A stretch of 40,181 nt of DNA from Hydrurus foetidus. Lineage: Eukaryota. Within the stretch, counting starts at the first letter, position 1, and each line of letters starts with the position of its first letter. Below the pieces are notes generated by a model. That model ran no database searches. It worked only from the letters and a program-made list of their open reading frames with translations, and was not told the DNA's origin. The stretch covers positions 1-40,181 of the forward strand of contig UYFQ01000508.1 in NCBI GenBank assembly GCA_900617105.1, in the 5' to 3' direction. Made by a program: the position numbers and the translations under genes. Positions 22,073 through 35,085 of the stretch are shown here, piece after piece.

Positions 22073-25000
22073 ATGTCTAATAATGCAACGCTGGACACAA
22101 ATCCAGAGGATGAGGAGACAACGAACTCAACAACGCGATTGGTAGTCAATTTGATGAGTCCATACTTCGCTGTGAGACAGCAGGCTGTCTCAAATTCGAT
22201 CAACTTCTTTGGACAAGCTGGAGACGATGCTGAAGCAAAACCAGGTCAATACAGGAGAGTAGGACGAGCCCTGATGACATCATTCGTAGAGTGTCATTAC
22301 TCGGAGAAGATATACAGAGCAGAATTACTACAGGCAATTGGAGCAGCGTTAAGTGCGAAGAACATGCCATTTGATTTCAAAGCCTTTATTGGCGATTATT
22401 TGGTGGAGTCAAAATCAAGATTTTCGCTAGCCTACTCGAGAATGTCTGGAATTCAGCTGAGTCTCTTTCTATTGGGGGTGCATCAGGTAAATGACGATGC
22501 AGCGCTTCCGGTATGGGTCTGTCAAAGCGTCCAAGTCATTGGTGAACTTCTCGAATCGTTAGCTGCTGAAAGCAGTAGGAAGAGCGGAAAGCTGCTTGCT
22601 AAATGTGTTGGACAAATTGGCTCTTATTTCAAGCAGAATCGACAAATGCTCCTATACGCTATCAACATCTGGGCGGAATCTTCTTATATCTGCTCTCTCG
22701 CGCAGATCTATATCTCCCTTTCGACTCTGAAGACGCCCACCCCCTCTGCAATGCCATCAAAGAGAGCAAAGCCATCAGTGGCGGCTCCATTTGATGGTGT
22801 TCTATCCATACTCGGAAAGGCACTCACAGATGTTATGAGTAAGAAAGTGCTCAATTCTAAGGTGCCTCTAACACCTTCAATTATGAGTCAACTTGGTTTA
22901 TACTTGAAAGCCCTGAACACTGAGCAGTGGGCTGATGGAGCTGAGTCACCGGCGGACGACGCTGCTGCAGCCGCAAATGCAGAATCTGGAGGGCTTGAGG
23001 CAGCTACTCTACGGACACTGAAGAAATCACCGGAAGGATCATCGCCTGTCATTTCCAGCATTCTTACTTACATCACTGTTGATTTAAGTAATTTCGTGAA
23101 GAATGGAGCTGCCGTGACTGCTCTGCGCATCATGAAGTCACCAACAGCCGATGTTAGGGCTAACGGCTCCAGCATAATGCGCAGCATAGCAACCAAGTGC
23201 TCAGATCCGTCTGCTTTCGAGGTGATAGTGCGTGTGCTCGTTGAAGCGTTGCAGGGCAAGGGAGCTCTAGCACTCGTACAGCCGTACCAGCGACTGGGTG
23301 TGCTACTGGCCCTCTCTGACTGCTCAGATAGCCAACAGATGACAATGATGGGCAAGTCTTTCATCTCTGAATTGGCTCTTACAGCCATAATACCCGTGTT
23401 GATGGCTGTGATGGACAAGGAAACTGACGAGAACAACTTGCTAGTGGCTGCTAACACACTGGGCAAATGGATGGGACTGACGGTCACCATAGCAAAGCAC
23501 CAAACCGCTCTCGACTCCATCAAAACGGGATTGACGCGCTCCAAACTGCATTCTGTGGGATATTTGGCTGCACTGACTCTTGCACTGAATCAGAACTATG
23601 AGCTATCTAGTGACCTATTAGTCTTCGTCAGTGTGCTTTCTAACATCGTGAAGGAAGGAGCTAAGAAACCTTCTAATCAGAGTCAAGTAGATGCGATTCT
23701 GGCGTTTCGTCTATTGCTTCAGATGTCTGTATCATCCTCAGTGGCAGTCGCGAGCATTGATACGGGCAAGCTCTGGGCTTGTCTGGCCCCTTCAGCCACT
23801 TCCTTTCTCTACTCCAAAGCACTCATGCAGCAAGTTGGTCTCGCTCCTGTCCAATCATCTTCGATCAACAAAGGCGCTAAAAGGGAGCTGTACTCCGACC
23901 TGCCTCGTGGAATCAGGAACTTGAATTCTTTAGTAGCTGAGTCTGTCTCCTCGATAATCTTTCTCGTGTCCTTGCACCACCCCAACCATCTCGTCCATGC
24001 CGCAACCTCTGGAGATTCTGACGGGCCGGTCAGCAGTGCCTTGTCTTGCCTGTTGCATCCTGATCCAGCAGTGAGAAGTGCTGTGACGAAGCAGGTGCGA
24101 GAAGTGTTCTCCAGCAGCACTGCAGCAGACGACAAACCCTCCTCGCAGTACCCCACTGCAGTTAAGATGCTCAAAGCGCTCAACAGCTGTCTGGCCACTT
24201 GGTCGGATCAAATGGAATCCGCTGCTGCCGGCTCCGTCACTGCCTCCTCTGCATCTACAGGCGCCAATGAAGAGGATGCGACAGGGCAGTCCAATGCGTC
24301 CATGTTACGAGGCCAATTAGGCATTCCTCCATCTTCCAGACTGACGGAAGCCCTCCTCGTGATCATCTCTCACTGGCAGGCTACGAAGGGAAGCAAGGGA
24401 GTGGCAGACATGCCTACTGCGCAAGTGATGTCAATCATGTTACTAGCTTGTTCTCATCCATTGGTGTGTGAGTCACGAGTACGAGCATCTGTTATCTGGT
24501 GCAATGTCACATCTTCCTTCAAGACTGCTGAGACTGGTAGAGGAGTCCTTGACACTGACGAGGCTCGCGTTATCGCCTGCAAACGCATTTTATCTGCTGC
24601 GCTATGCCCCACAGCTCAACTGACAAGGCAGGCAGCGCATACCGCGCTGTACGTGCTGAGCACTGCAACAGGCCCATCTGGCAAGTCGTGTGTGTTGCGT
24701 CACATCCTCCCTTCTCTTAGAGACCAACTCGTGAGCAGCGGTGTGACAGCAGTGTCTGACGATGACGTCGACAAGTTCATGAACCCCCTCGCTGCCATAG
24801 CAGCTGCCACTGCTGCAGTAGCTGAGACGACCGATGCAGATATCAGGATCACAAATGCGGACAGAAAGAAGGACTCAGGTCGCAGCAGGAGGACAGGTGC
24901 GTTCGGAGGAGACTTCGTAGAGGATGAAGACTGGGCAGAGAAAATCAAGAAAGAAAAGGCACAGAAACTCGCCATCACAAAGAATGCGGGTCAGGTGGGA

Positions 25001-28000
25001 TCTAATGCAAAGTTGAAGGACCTTCAGGAGTTGCAGAGCAGAGTGCAGATCATCGTCGACACTGCCTCCTACGCACTTGAAGCCTTCCTCAGCCTCACCA
25101 CATTCTCTGTACCGCACGCTAGATTCACTTCTGAAGTTGCAGCTGGCAAGAGTTGCGATGACGTCATGCTGCGGGGTGTTGTTAGAAGCAGTGTGAGTCA
25201 GATGCTACCCGTCCTGCTGCCCATGCTAAGGTGCCCTCTCGTCGAGAAGACAGCATTCCAGTGCGTACTCGGTATCTCTGGTGCCATTGAGGACGAGTTG
25301 ACGGTTGTGGCGTCCAGAGACCTCGCAGACTCCCTTCGCATCACAGCCACTGTCTCTATGAGACCAGTGAGTCGCAAGGTGACTCGAGACGGTCTGTACA
25401 AGGAACTTCTCGGCCTCGGTGCTCCTCTGCAGAGACTACTGCGTAGTGTGCAGATTCATCTCTCACGCCAACAGGCTCGTAAGTCCCCCACACAGCATCT
25501 GCTGCTGCCCTCTACGGTGCACCTCCTGTTCCCCGTGCTACAAGGCCTACTAACGCAACCCTCTCTGCTCCCCGGATGTGACTTCACCTTCATGATACTG
25601 GACTCGTGAGTACATGAATGTCCTCACTCCCCGCAATTGAATTGTTCATTCTCTAGAAGAGGCGCCAATCATAGCCGCAACAACATGCCCCTTCTATTCT
25701 CATCGCCTAATATAACATTTTATTCTATTTAATTTGCAGAATTTGGCCTAAGCCCTCTAACGAGTCGTCATCACTGACAGAGCAGTCTCCAGACGATGCT
25801 TCTTGCCCTTCTTCGCTCATCTGTCTGCAGAAAGCCGTTACGGAAACGTGTCTGTCTGTGCTAGTGCACCTCAGAGTGGACCCACCTCCCGATACTGTGC
25901 TTCTCCGCATCATCACACAGTACTTCTCGTTCCATCCCACAGATGCAACAAATCAATTGGACTGGATCTCCCCCCTCATGGATGACCTAGGTCTGCTCAG
26001 TGCGGATCTGAATGTGCAGATGGCGTGTTTGAGGGCTATCGAGGGTGCCCTGTCCTGTTCCTCATCCTCTGACCACGCGAAAGCACAAGTTGCAGCACTA
26101 AGTAAGGACTCTGTTTTCGAGACCCGTCTCTGGCTTGCGAAATTCAATGCCAACGAAGCTGTCTGTACACTTGCAACAGCCGTATGGGAGTCACGCGGGT
26201 GCAAGTTGAGCTCCGGCTATCGCACTGCATTAGTGCCTTTGCTATCCTTCCAAGGGTCTGTTGGTGTCGATAGATCAGAGGAAGGATTATCAGGTGCACA
26301 TGTGCGCCTCGCAGCTGCCAGAGCTCTGTCAGGAGGCATGCTCGAGTTGCCAGACAGCAGTGCGGCATGCGTAGCCGAGATGAAGGCTCTCTACCACTCC
26401 TCCAAACCGGTGCCTGCAGCATCAACGGGAAGAATCTTAAATGCCGGTAATATGCTAGTGGGGAAGGGGAAGGATAGCAAAGGTCCTATGGCCCTCTCAG
26501 CCGCTCCTGTTGCTGTGCCCATGTCAGATCCTCATATATCCACTCGACTGGCTGTGGCTGAATTCATTCGAGCTGCAGGTGCTGAGGGCTCACTACCCCT
26601 AGGAGAGAAGGAGGGAGAGGGAGAGTCCCATTCAGCTCTGGATCTCCTCGACTTTGTGCTCGCATACGGTGCTGTGGACTACAGTGGAGAGGTGCGTAGT
26701 GCCATGCTCACAGCTGGTAGAGCCCTCGCAGACATCTATGGCAGCACGATGTGTCGCCCCATGTTGTCTCTACTAGAAGCAGTACTGCTCAAGAAATCAG
26801 CGTCCAAGTCAGTCGAAGACTTAGCTGCTCACGATCATAGACACTCTGCAGCTGTAGTGCTGATGGGCGCAGCAGGCAGACACCTGTCAGCTGATGATCC
26901 CTCAGTTGTAGGTATCACGGAGAGCATGGTCACTGCTCTGCAGACCCCTTCAGAAGGGGTGCAGAAGGCAGTGGCGGACTGTCTAGTACAGCTAGTGCAG
27001 GTCATGAAGAGCAGTGCAGCCAATGGCGAGAAGGCCAAGGAGATGCTCGAGCGACTGATGCTGTCCGTACTGGAGGAAGAGACGTATGGTAGACGCAGAG
27101 GCGCAGCATACGGCATCGGGGCCTTTGTGAAGGGTCTCGGCATCCCTTCCCTCAAAGCCCATGACGTGGTCCCCAGGTTGAGGGAGGCGTGCACAAATGG
27201 GGGAGTCAATGCCAAGCAAGGTGCACTCTTCGCGATAGAGTGTCTGTCAGAGAGACTGGGCCTGCTTTTCGAGCCGTACGTCATCACCATCGTGCCCATC
27301 CTCCTGAAGAGTTTCTCACATGCGTCAGACCACGTCAGAGAAGCAGCTCAAGGCGCAGCGAAGGTTATCATGGGCAGACTGAGCGCACACGGGGTAAAGC
27401 AGGTCCTCACTCCCATATTGACGAGTCTGCCTGAGGAGACGCAGTGGAAGAGCAGACAGGAAGCCATCAAGCTGTTAGGATACATGGCACACTGCGCACC
27501 AAAGCAGCTAGCTGCATGTTTGCCACAGATAGTACCTAGACTGGTGGAGGCCGGATCCGACCCCCATCCAAAGGTGAAGGAGGGAGCGAGAGCGGCCATG
27601 CTCGACATATCCTCTGTCATTAGAAACCCAGAGATATCTCGCTTGGCTCCTGTGCTGCTGTCCGCTATGGCTGATCCTGCCAATAAAACAAAGGATGCAC
27701 TGGAGGCACTGTTAGAGTGCGAATTCATGCACTCAATTGATGCACCCAGTTTAGCCCTATTAGTCCCTATTCTGGGAAGAGCTTTGAGAGATAGAGGAGC
27801 AGACTTAAAGAGAAAAGCATCAGCAATCACGGGTAACATGGTCAGCATGGTCTCAGAGCCTAAGACCCTTGTGCCGTACCTCGTACAGGTTTTACCCGGT
27901 CTAAAGGACTGTTTGTTGGACCCCATACCCGATGTGCGTGCCACCAGTGCCAAGGCCCTAGGCAGTCTCGTAGGCGGAGTGGGAGAGTCTGAACTACCAG

Positions 28001-31000
28001 AGTTAGTCCCCTGGCTCATGGAGACCCTGAAATCAGAAGCATCCCCAGTCGAGAGGAGTGGAGCTGCACAGGGGCTAGCAGAGGTGTGCTTAGCACTGGG
28101 CGCTGATAGACTGGATGAGATTCTAGACACGGCACTAGCACTTCGGAATCAGCCTAGGTGCGCCGCGAGAGAGGGTCTACTATGGCTACTTTCCTTCTTG
28201 CCATCTGTACTCCAAGAGTCCTTCTCGATGCACATTAAAACAACACTGCCGGTCATACTGCTGGGTCTGAGCGATGAGAGCGAAGGGGTCAGAGAGGTCG
28301 CGTTAAGGTCTGGCCAAGTGATGGTCACTGTGCTAGGCAATAAGAACGCTCTGCTACTGCTGCCATCTCTCACAGGGGGCATGTTCGATGACGATTGGCG
28401 CATACGTCACTCATCGCTCATCCTCCTCGGTGACTTGCTCTACCTCCTCGGAGGCACCAAGGCAGTGGGCATGGCTGACGGTGAGGAGGAGGACGAGGAC
28501 CTTGCTGGGGTCAGCACTGGATACCACGTGACCATAACACTGAGAGCTCACCTTGGGATTGACAGTGCCAATGAAGTATTGGCAGCACTGTATATTGTTC
28601 GTTCCGATGTGTCCATGGCTGTGCGTCAGAGTGCGTTGCAGGTGTGGAAGTCTGTTGTGAGCAACACACCACGCACTCTAGTGGAGATCATTCCTATCCT
28701 CATAGAGCAGCTCATCTCCAAGCTGTCCGCTGAGTCAGCCGAGTTGAGAGTTGTTGCGGGCAAGAGTCTAGGAGAGCTAGTGCGCAAGATGGGAGACAGG
28801 GTGCTGCCTGTGGTGGTACCGCATCTCAGGAAGCAGTTAAAGGCGAGTCGTAACAGCGAGGGGGACGATGCCTTGAGACAGGGTGTGTGTCTGGGGCTCA
28901 CGGAGATCCTCGCATCCGCCACTAGGAGACAAGTCGAAGATTATATCGACTCTCTCATGCCGGCACTGCAGGAGGCTCTGTGCGACAGGTCAGAGGAAGT
29001 GAGGTCCCAGGCTGCGAAGGCATTCCAGACCCTCTTCAAGAACATAGGACCGAGAGCAGTGGACGATATCCTGCCAGCACTGCTTGCTCGCATGGGAGTC
29101 ATCGTTGGTGATGACAACAGCGATGATGAGGACGAGGACGAATATGATGATGAGGAGGAGGAGGAGGATAAAGAAGGGGATGACGAAGATGGTAGTGGCG
29201 ACGATGATGAAGATGATAATAGTGATGATGACGATTTAGAGGAAGAGGAGGACGAGGAATCGATGGCTCTTGTGCTACTCGGTCTCCAAGGCGTGGTACA
29301 GCTGCGACCCAGAGATCTGTTGGAGTACCTTTTGGACCCTTCCTGTCTTCTCAGACATCCCATGCAAGCAGCAGCAGCCAAGACATTGGCAGGAGTCGTG
29401 TCGGTGTCTGGGGCTCAGCTGAACTACCACTTCAGCGCGCTCATACCCGCCTTGTGCATGGAGCTCTTCTCAGCCGCTGAGATAGTGGACAGGTTGGAAG
29501 CGACTGCAGCTGCTTTCTTGAGTGGCGAGGGAGTGGAGACCGAAGACGTTACTGAAGAGTTGGCAGTGGAAAAGGAGCGGTTGAGCATCATCAAGGAGTG
29601 TGCGGGTTCGGTCATGGGCGCAGTCACTACTACTGGTGTGAACTTCTTATCCTCTGAGCTGGGTAGACAAATAGAACACGACACTGATGTGCGTAGGAGG
29701 CGATGGGGCTGTTGGTTGCTGGAACAGTTTGTACGCCGCAGCAAAGCAGTGTTCTCAGACTATCTTCCGGTGCTATTTAAATATCTCCTCAGTAGGGTAG
29801 CAGAGTTCGATAGGCAGCTGCTGCAGGCAGTGAGTGACGCCTTACTGGCTATCAGTATCTCTGTGCCAGCTGAGGAACTCAGTCTGCATCTTGACTTTGT
29901 GCGATCATGCGTGAACTCTACTGCATCGGATGCGAGGCACAGAGTGGGAGCGGGGGATCTCTTCAACTCCGTCACTGGAGCCTTCACACTGCCCCTTCTC
30001 ACGATCCCCAAGAGTTTAGAACCCTTTCTCACAATAGCTTTGCACGGCCTCATGAACGGATCCTTGCAAGCCAAAGAGACAGCTGCTGACGTGATAGCCG
30101 AGCTAGCCGCAATGGCGGACCCTGCTGTGCTCAAGCCATACCTCATCAAGACCACGGGACCACTCATTAGAGTCGTGGGAGACAGATTCCCAAGCAACGT
30201 TAAGGCAGCCATATTACAGGTACTGTTAGAAGCTTCACGATCCCTTTCAGAATAAAGAACACTCTATCCATTATTATCTTGTCTCTTGGACTGACTGACT
30301 TATTGACATTCTGACTGACTGACTGGCGCTCTGACTGATACACTCACTGACTGACTGATACATTAATTTGTTATCTGACTTCACCTCCCTCTAGACGTTG
30401 GCCGTGTTGCTGGACAAAGGTGGTGGGTCCCTGAAGGCTTTCGCCCCTCAGCTGCAAACCACTTTCATCAAGAGTCTCTCGGGTGAGCTGAGATAGTAAC
30501 TTTGAATGCGTCTGCATCTACTCGCAAGTTTTCATGCAACATTACGTAACACTGTACGCTACTTCTAATGCGAAGATCCATCCAAGCTGGTGCGTCAGAG
30601 GGGCTCCATCGCGTTGGGCAAGCTCATGGCACTGAACGCTAGAGTGGACCCTTTATTGGCCGAGCTGGCGACATGTGTGACACAGGCGGAAGGTCCAGCT
30701 ATCAGAGCCAGTACATTAGAGGTGAGGATAAGAGGATTACATCAGGACTTGACATGATGTCTCATTTGCAGAGTGTAAAGTGACCACATGCGGGAAATTT
30801 GAAGTAATTGTTACCCATCTCTGCTTCATCCACAGGCTCTATCAGTGGTGCTGTCTAAGGGTGGAGGCGAGAAGGCATCTCCAGCATCAATAGAGAAAGT
30901 GCAGGTGGCTTGCTTGTCAGCGCTGGTGGAAGGGGATGAGGAGAGCGTTAGGGTGGCTGCCGCTGCTTGTCTCTCCTCTCTCACTACGTATATGGACACC

Positions 31001-31888
31001 GCTACCATCAGGTACATCGTGACTCACGACAAATCATCTCGTGGTAGAAAGCAACTCTCCTCAATCGCATCATGCACAGTCTAATCTAATCTATTTGTTT
31101 GCCAAACATGATCACGGAAACTCGTCAATACTGCAGCAACATGCTCATCGATCTGAGTGGAGGCAGTGCGGAGGTTGGTGCCTTATGTGGCCGCCTGTTG
31201 GGCGCTGGATCGGTGTTGCAGAGTGCTGGACAGAGAGCCACAGACAGCAGAGAAGAGGCCTACTCGTTCTTGCGCAAGGGACTTAAAGACGAAAGGGCAG
31301 CCGTGAAGACTTGCGCTTGCAGGTATCGATTGGTATTACGAAGACACATGTCATGCTCACAGCTGAAGCAATGTTTACAGCACTTAAATATCTCTCTCCC
31401 CCCGCGTCTTCTCTCCACCTAGCGCCTTGATCTCTATGTTCACGGCCCCACCACCCCAAGGGGACACAGCTGCAGGGGCCGTTGATAGCCGCAAGGGAGA
31501 GTACCGCACAGCAGCTCAGGGGGCTCTGCACAGCTTCTCTCAGCTAGTGAGTGCAGCAGCGGCAGACAGCTCCTCTGTGGAGGTGAGAAAAGCCGCAATG
31601 TCGGCTATTAAGCAAGCGGCAAAGAGCTATCCCATCGCGAGTCAGCTGCACATGCAGCACTTCATGCCCCCTCTGATATTGGCCGTGAAGGACTCCAACA
31701 TACGGCTGAAGTACATCGCAGAGAGGGCCATGAAGTACCTGTTGGACGGGGGGGAAAATGCCACCGTCATCGCCACTTACACTGCCGGTGCCGATATCGA
31801 GTCAGCTCGATTTGTGAAGGAGTACGCGAGGCGTTCTTTATCTCGGCTGCCGGCAGATAGCGATGACGAATCAAACGACAAGTGGTGA
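22073..31888 (+). CDS. GCN1: eIF2-alpha kinase activator GCN1 (HEAT-repeat protein), about 3000 aa, 7 exons
   Basis: Exons 22073-25605, 25740-30219, 30395-30482, 30576-30721, 30836-31011, 31137-31322, 31423-31888. Motifs RRGAAYGIGAFVKGLG, FEPYV, RLSAHGVKQVL, MAHCAPKQLAACLPQIVP, HSIDAPSLAL, DPIPDVRATSAKALG, VERSGAAQGLAEV, WKSVVSNTPRTL, TGPLIRVVGDRF, PQLQTTFIKSL, RVDPLLAEL. Confidence 0.95.
30289..30360. repeat. Degenerate (ACTG)n tetranucleotide repeat in GCN1 intron 2
   Basis: Directly visible gactgactgac runs. Confidence 0.8.
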
Positions 31889-33120
31889 TTCTCTCTCCAA
31901 TAGAACAGCTGGTAGGACCCACGTCTCTAATTTTAGAACTGCTCCGCACTGCACTGCAAAGCACAGCACGTCACAGCACTGTTCGAGATGCCATGTTCTG
32001 TTGGCAGAAGTGAGCGCCGCTTCACTCTAACTGATAGAAGACTCTTGCAAAAGTGAGATAGAGTAACTGAGAATGATGATGAGGAGAAGGTGTGGCCAGC
32101 CAATGGAAGTAGAGATAGCGATAGCGATAGACTTCAACAGATCCTCTCCAGTGCTGTGGACGACAAAGTGAAACTGATACAGACTGACCAAAAGGGGGAG
32201 GTTCTGTTAGTGGATGATTAGCACGCCCTCTCCCATTCGACAGGGACACTTTTCCGTGTCGAGCAGGATGACGCCTCTCCCTCCTTACGAACGATTTCAA
32301 TCGCACACAGCTAGAGTTATGTATAGGCTGAAATATTTTATGGTACGGGATGTCGCAAAGGGTTTCCGGCACACATTATGAACATAAATTGATTACTGAA
32401 ATCCAGAATTTGACCTGAATTTTTGACATTTTGGGGTAGATCATGTGGTCTTGATCCGATGCGATTTATCTATTAATGCACTCTGCGTTACATTGCACTT
32501 CAATGCGATTGAATGCTCACGTGGTGTGCCAACAGTTATCAGACATCATCTCACCAGGCACTCAGCCTGCATACATCGAGGAATGAGAGCAAGATTCAAT
32601 GGACATGACAGGTCATGAAAGACACCAACTATTGGTTGTACATGTCTCACAGCCATAGAAGCGGCTGTCACCGTGCCCACGGTTGCTGCTAAAATAGTAC
32701 TTGACACACATTCTCAAACGCTTTCATGCGAACCTTTGGATGGAAGCGGATTCTGTCTTAAAGTATCATTGATGCAGTTGTGAATGGGCTGATTTCGAAT
32801 GCAGTCACAAACCATGAGAACAGACAGCACCTGTGCATGGCTCATTTCACTCTACGCGAAATGCGTGAAGTCGTCAATTGTGCTCCATCAACTATTTGCC
32901 CTAATGATATCGAGGGAATTCATGGTTAGGTCTGTCCACAAGAAGCAGATGCCAAGGTAGAGGTATTATTCTCTGACTCTTGAAGTCAGTAAAAAAGGTT
33001 AAGAAACTTTCTGTACAGTGTCATTCTACTGTCATCATTATTTATTCAATTACAGAGATATATCCAGAGAATCGGTCACTCCTATATGATGTTACTGATA
33101 CAAAAGATTCGAGTCGAGAA

Positions 33121-34074
33121 TCATGCCGACATGCTTGCTCCTTTGTACAGTCTGTCTTTTGTTTTGAAGTGAATACTCTCCTCATCCGCTTCATCGGCCC
33201 CTCCGGCCAATAGAGAGTCCATGCCCTTTGCCATAAGGGCCTCAAACTTAGCCTTATCATTGACGTCATCATCTGATATGCCAAACATCTCTGCCATACC
33301 AGGATTAGCAAGAAACTGCTGCCTGGCGGCTTCGGTTTGGTCTGGATCCGACATGATCTTCTTGGCTTGACTGGCCATACCCTCCATATTCCCATCGAGG
33401 AGATTCATTAGCATATTCTGTTGTGCTGCCCCTAACCCTGGTATTTTGTTCAACATGCCTTTAATGCCGTCCATGTCTCCCTGTAACATCGCATTCACCG
33501 GATCCTTGATGTCCTCGGGAAGCTGCTCTAGTAGCATACTAATCTTCTCAGGAGACTTAAAGAAGTCAACAATTTCAGAAGTGTAACCTCTTATCGCCTG
33601 CATACCCTGCACAATTGTCTGTTTCAGTATTACTGGATCTCTTAGTGCAGGCGAGTCGAGCATTGCTACGACTTCTGGATTGCTCGATAATCCAGGTACT
33701 TGCTCAAACATGGCGGCAATGGCCTCTGGGGTGACCATGGATTCGAAGTCAGGAGATTCGACGAGCTCCTCCATCATGTTGAGGTACATATTCAGCATGC
33801 CTTCGATTGAGTCACTCAGTCCTGTGTCTGCGAGACCAGCCAATGAGCCAAGACTCCCCATTCCACCAGCGTTTTTTGCCTGTATCTTATTTGATGCCAT
33901 CTTGTGGCGTGTTTCAAAGCCTGCTCCGACGCCACCTGAGATATCATCAATATCCTCATCCTCATCTCTCTTCCGCTTTGATCCCCACATGCCACGCGCT
34001 GCTAGTGAGTTTGAAGAAAACATTAAGACAAGCGACGCGCAATGAAGCGCTCTCATCATCCAATTCATGTGCAT
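33121..34074 (-). CDS. Uncharacterised Met/Gly-rich protein with STI1/DP-like repeats and possible signal peptide
   Basis: Intronless ORF; first ATG at 34074 (the track starts at a TTG). Hydrophobic N-terminus MRALHCASLVLMFSSNSLA. DP/NP-M helical motifs: SNPEVVAMLDSPALRDP, FKSPEKISMLL, MSDPDQTEAARQQFLANPGMAEMF. Confidence 0.65.
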   Translation of the reverse strand: MHMNWMMRALHCASLVLMFSSNSLAARGMWGSKRKRDEDEDIDDISGGVGAGFETRHKMASNKIQAKNAGGMGSLGSLAGLADTGLSDSIEGMLNMYLNMMEELVESPDFESMVTPEAIAAMFEQVPGLSSNPEVVAMLDSPALRDPVILKQTIVQGMQAIRGYTSEIVDFFKSPEKISMLLEQLPEDIKDPVNAMLQGDMDGIKGMLNKIPGLGAAQQNMLMNLLDGNMEGMASQAKKIMSDPDQTEAARQQFLANPGMAEMFGISDDDVNDKAKFEALMAKGMDSLLAGGADEADEESIHFKTKDRLYKGASMSA

Positions 34075-34740
34075 GGTCAACGTGGCCAGTGCGAGAAGTA
34101 CTGTAGACAAAGGGTGTTCCAGCACTGACAGCAACTACATATATCATTCCGTAGACGGTGCCAAATGTCAAATGTCAAACCCGAGCTGCCTCCGCCTCAA
34201 TTTCCAGCCCACAGCCCACAGTGTAGTAGTATCAGTATTATGTAGACTAGATATTATTCCGTATGCGAATTGTGGGGGGGGGGCGCGTATGTATAAAAAG
34301 TGGAATTTTTTTGGGGGGCTACCTGGGGTCAAGGGGGTATTCAAAGGACAGGGGGCGCTTTGAGGCCTCTGGCCTCTGGGTCCCATGAAATTTTCTCACA
34401 CGTCTCTCAGGGTCATTCTTAACCGGGACCAAATTCATGTGAATTTTGGTGAATTCAGGTGAATTCAATAGAGAATTCCTGATTCATCCAGGACAGATTT
34501 ATCCCAGGACAAGTCTGTCCTTTTGTACGGGACAAATCTGCTGTGGTCCTGGTTTGTATTCATACAGATTTCTATTACATTTCTGAATTTTCAAAAATAT
34601 TTTCGAAATTTCCTCGTCCTCGTATCGTCCTGTTATAGGCTCTCTGTCACAAATCAAAGTGGCTGCTCCCAAAATCTTCAAAGAAACATGGATGAAGTCG
34701 TACTGGGCGGCGGAGTATGGGATAAAATAATCATGTCCCC

Positions 34741-35021
34741 TGTTGGAGTATCCCGAGAAAAGACACTGCTGTAGTTGTATAGTATATGCATGGATCCCGA
34801 CGGTCAGCGGTGTGTGCCCTTGGGGTGCAGATCGTGGACCGTTGGATGTGTGGGCTCATAGAGCCATCCATTCATCTATCTTCAACACGGATAGAACATG
34901 TGCAATTGCGTTGATATGTAAAGCTTCGTTGCCGTCTTGATTGATGCCGGTGCACAAGTTTAATTATCAAGTAATTACACAGTACAAAGTCTATTTTACG
35001 AGCCTTGGGTCACCGGTCACA
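34741..35021 (+). repeat. 5' LTR (right boundary approximate)
   Basis: Begins TG; first ~104 bp match 40080-40181. The end is tentatively placed at ...GGTCACA before gag and cannot be confirmed because the 3' LTR is cut off. Confidence 0.7.
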
Positions 35022-35085
35022 GGAGTCACAAAGCATCCGGGCCTAGAGAAATCCCAACATAATTAAACTAGATCAGCGCATCGAG

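Noticed and set aside
23068..30212. Numerous minus-strand ORFs up to 260 aa
   Set aside because: Antisense shadows of the GCN1 coding exons.
34250..34740. G-run-rich segment and short GGACA repeats upstream of the Copia LTR (possible transposon end or G-quadruplex)
   Set aside because: No partner terminus in the window and no evidence of function.
35022..35045. Possible half-tRNA primer-binding site (GGAGTCACAAAGC, His-anticodon-like)
   Set aside because: The complement does not form a proper anticodon stem and the LTR end is uncertain; needs the host tRNA set.
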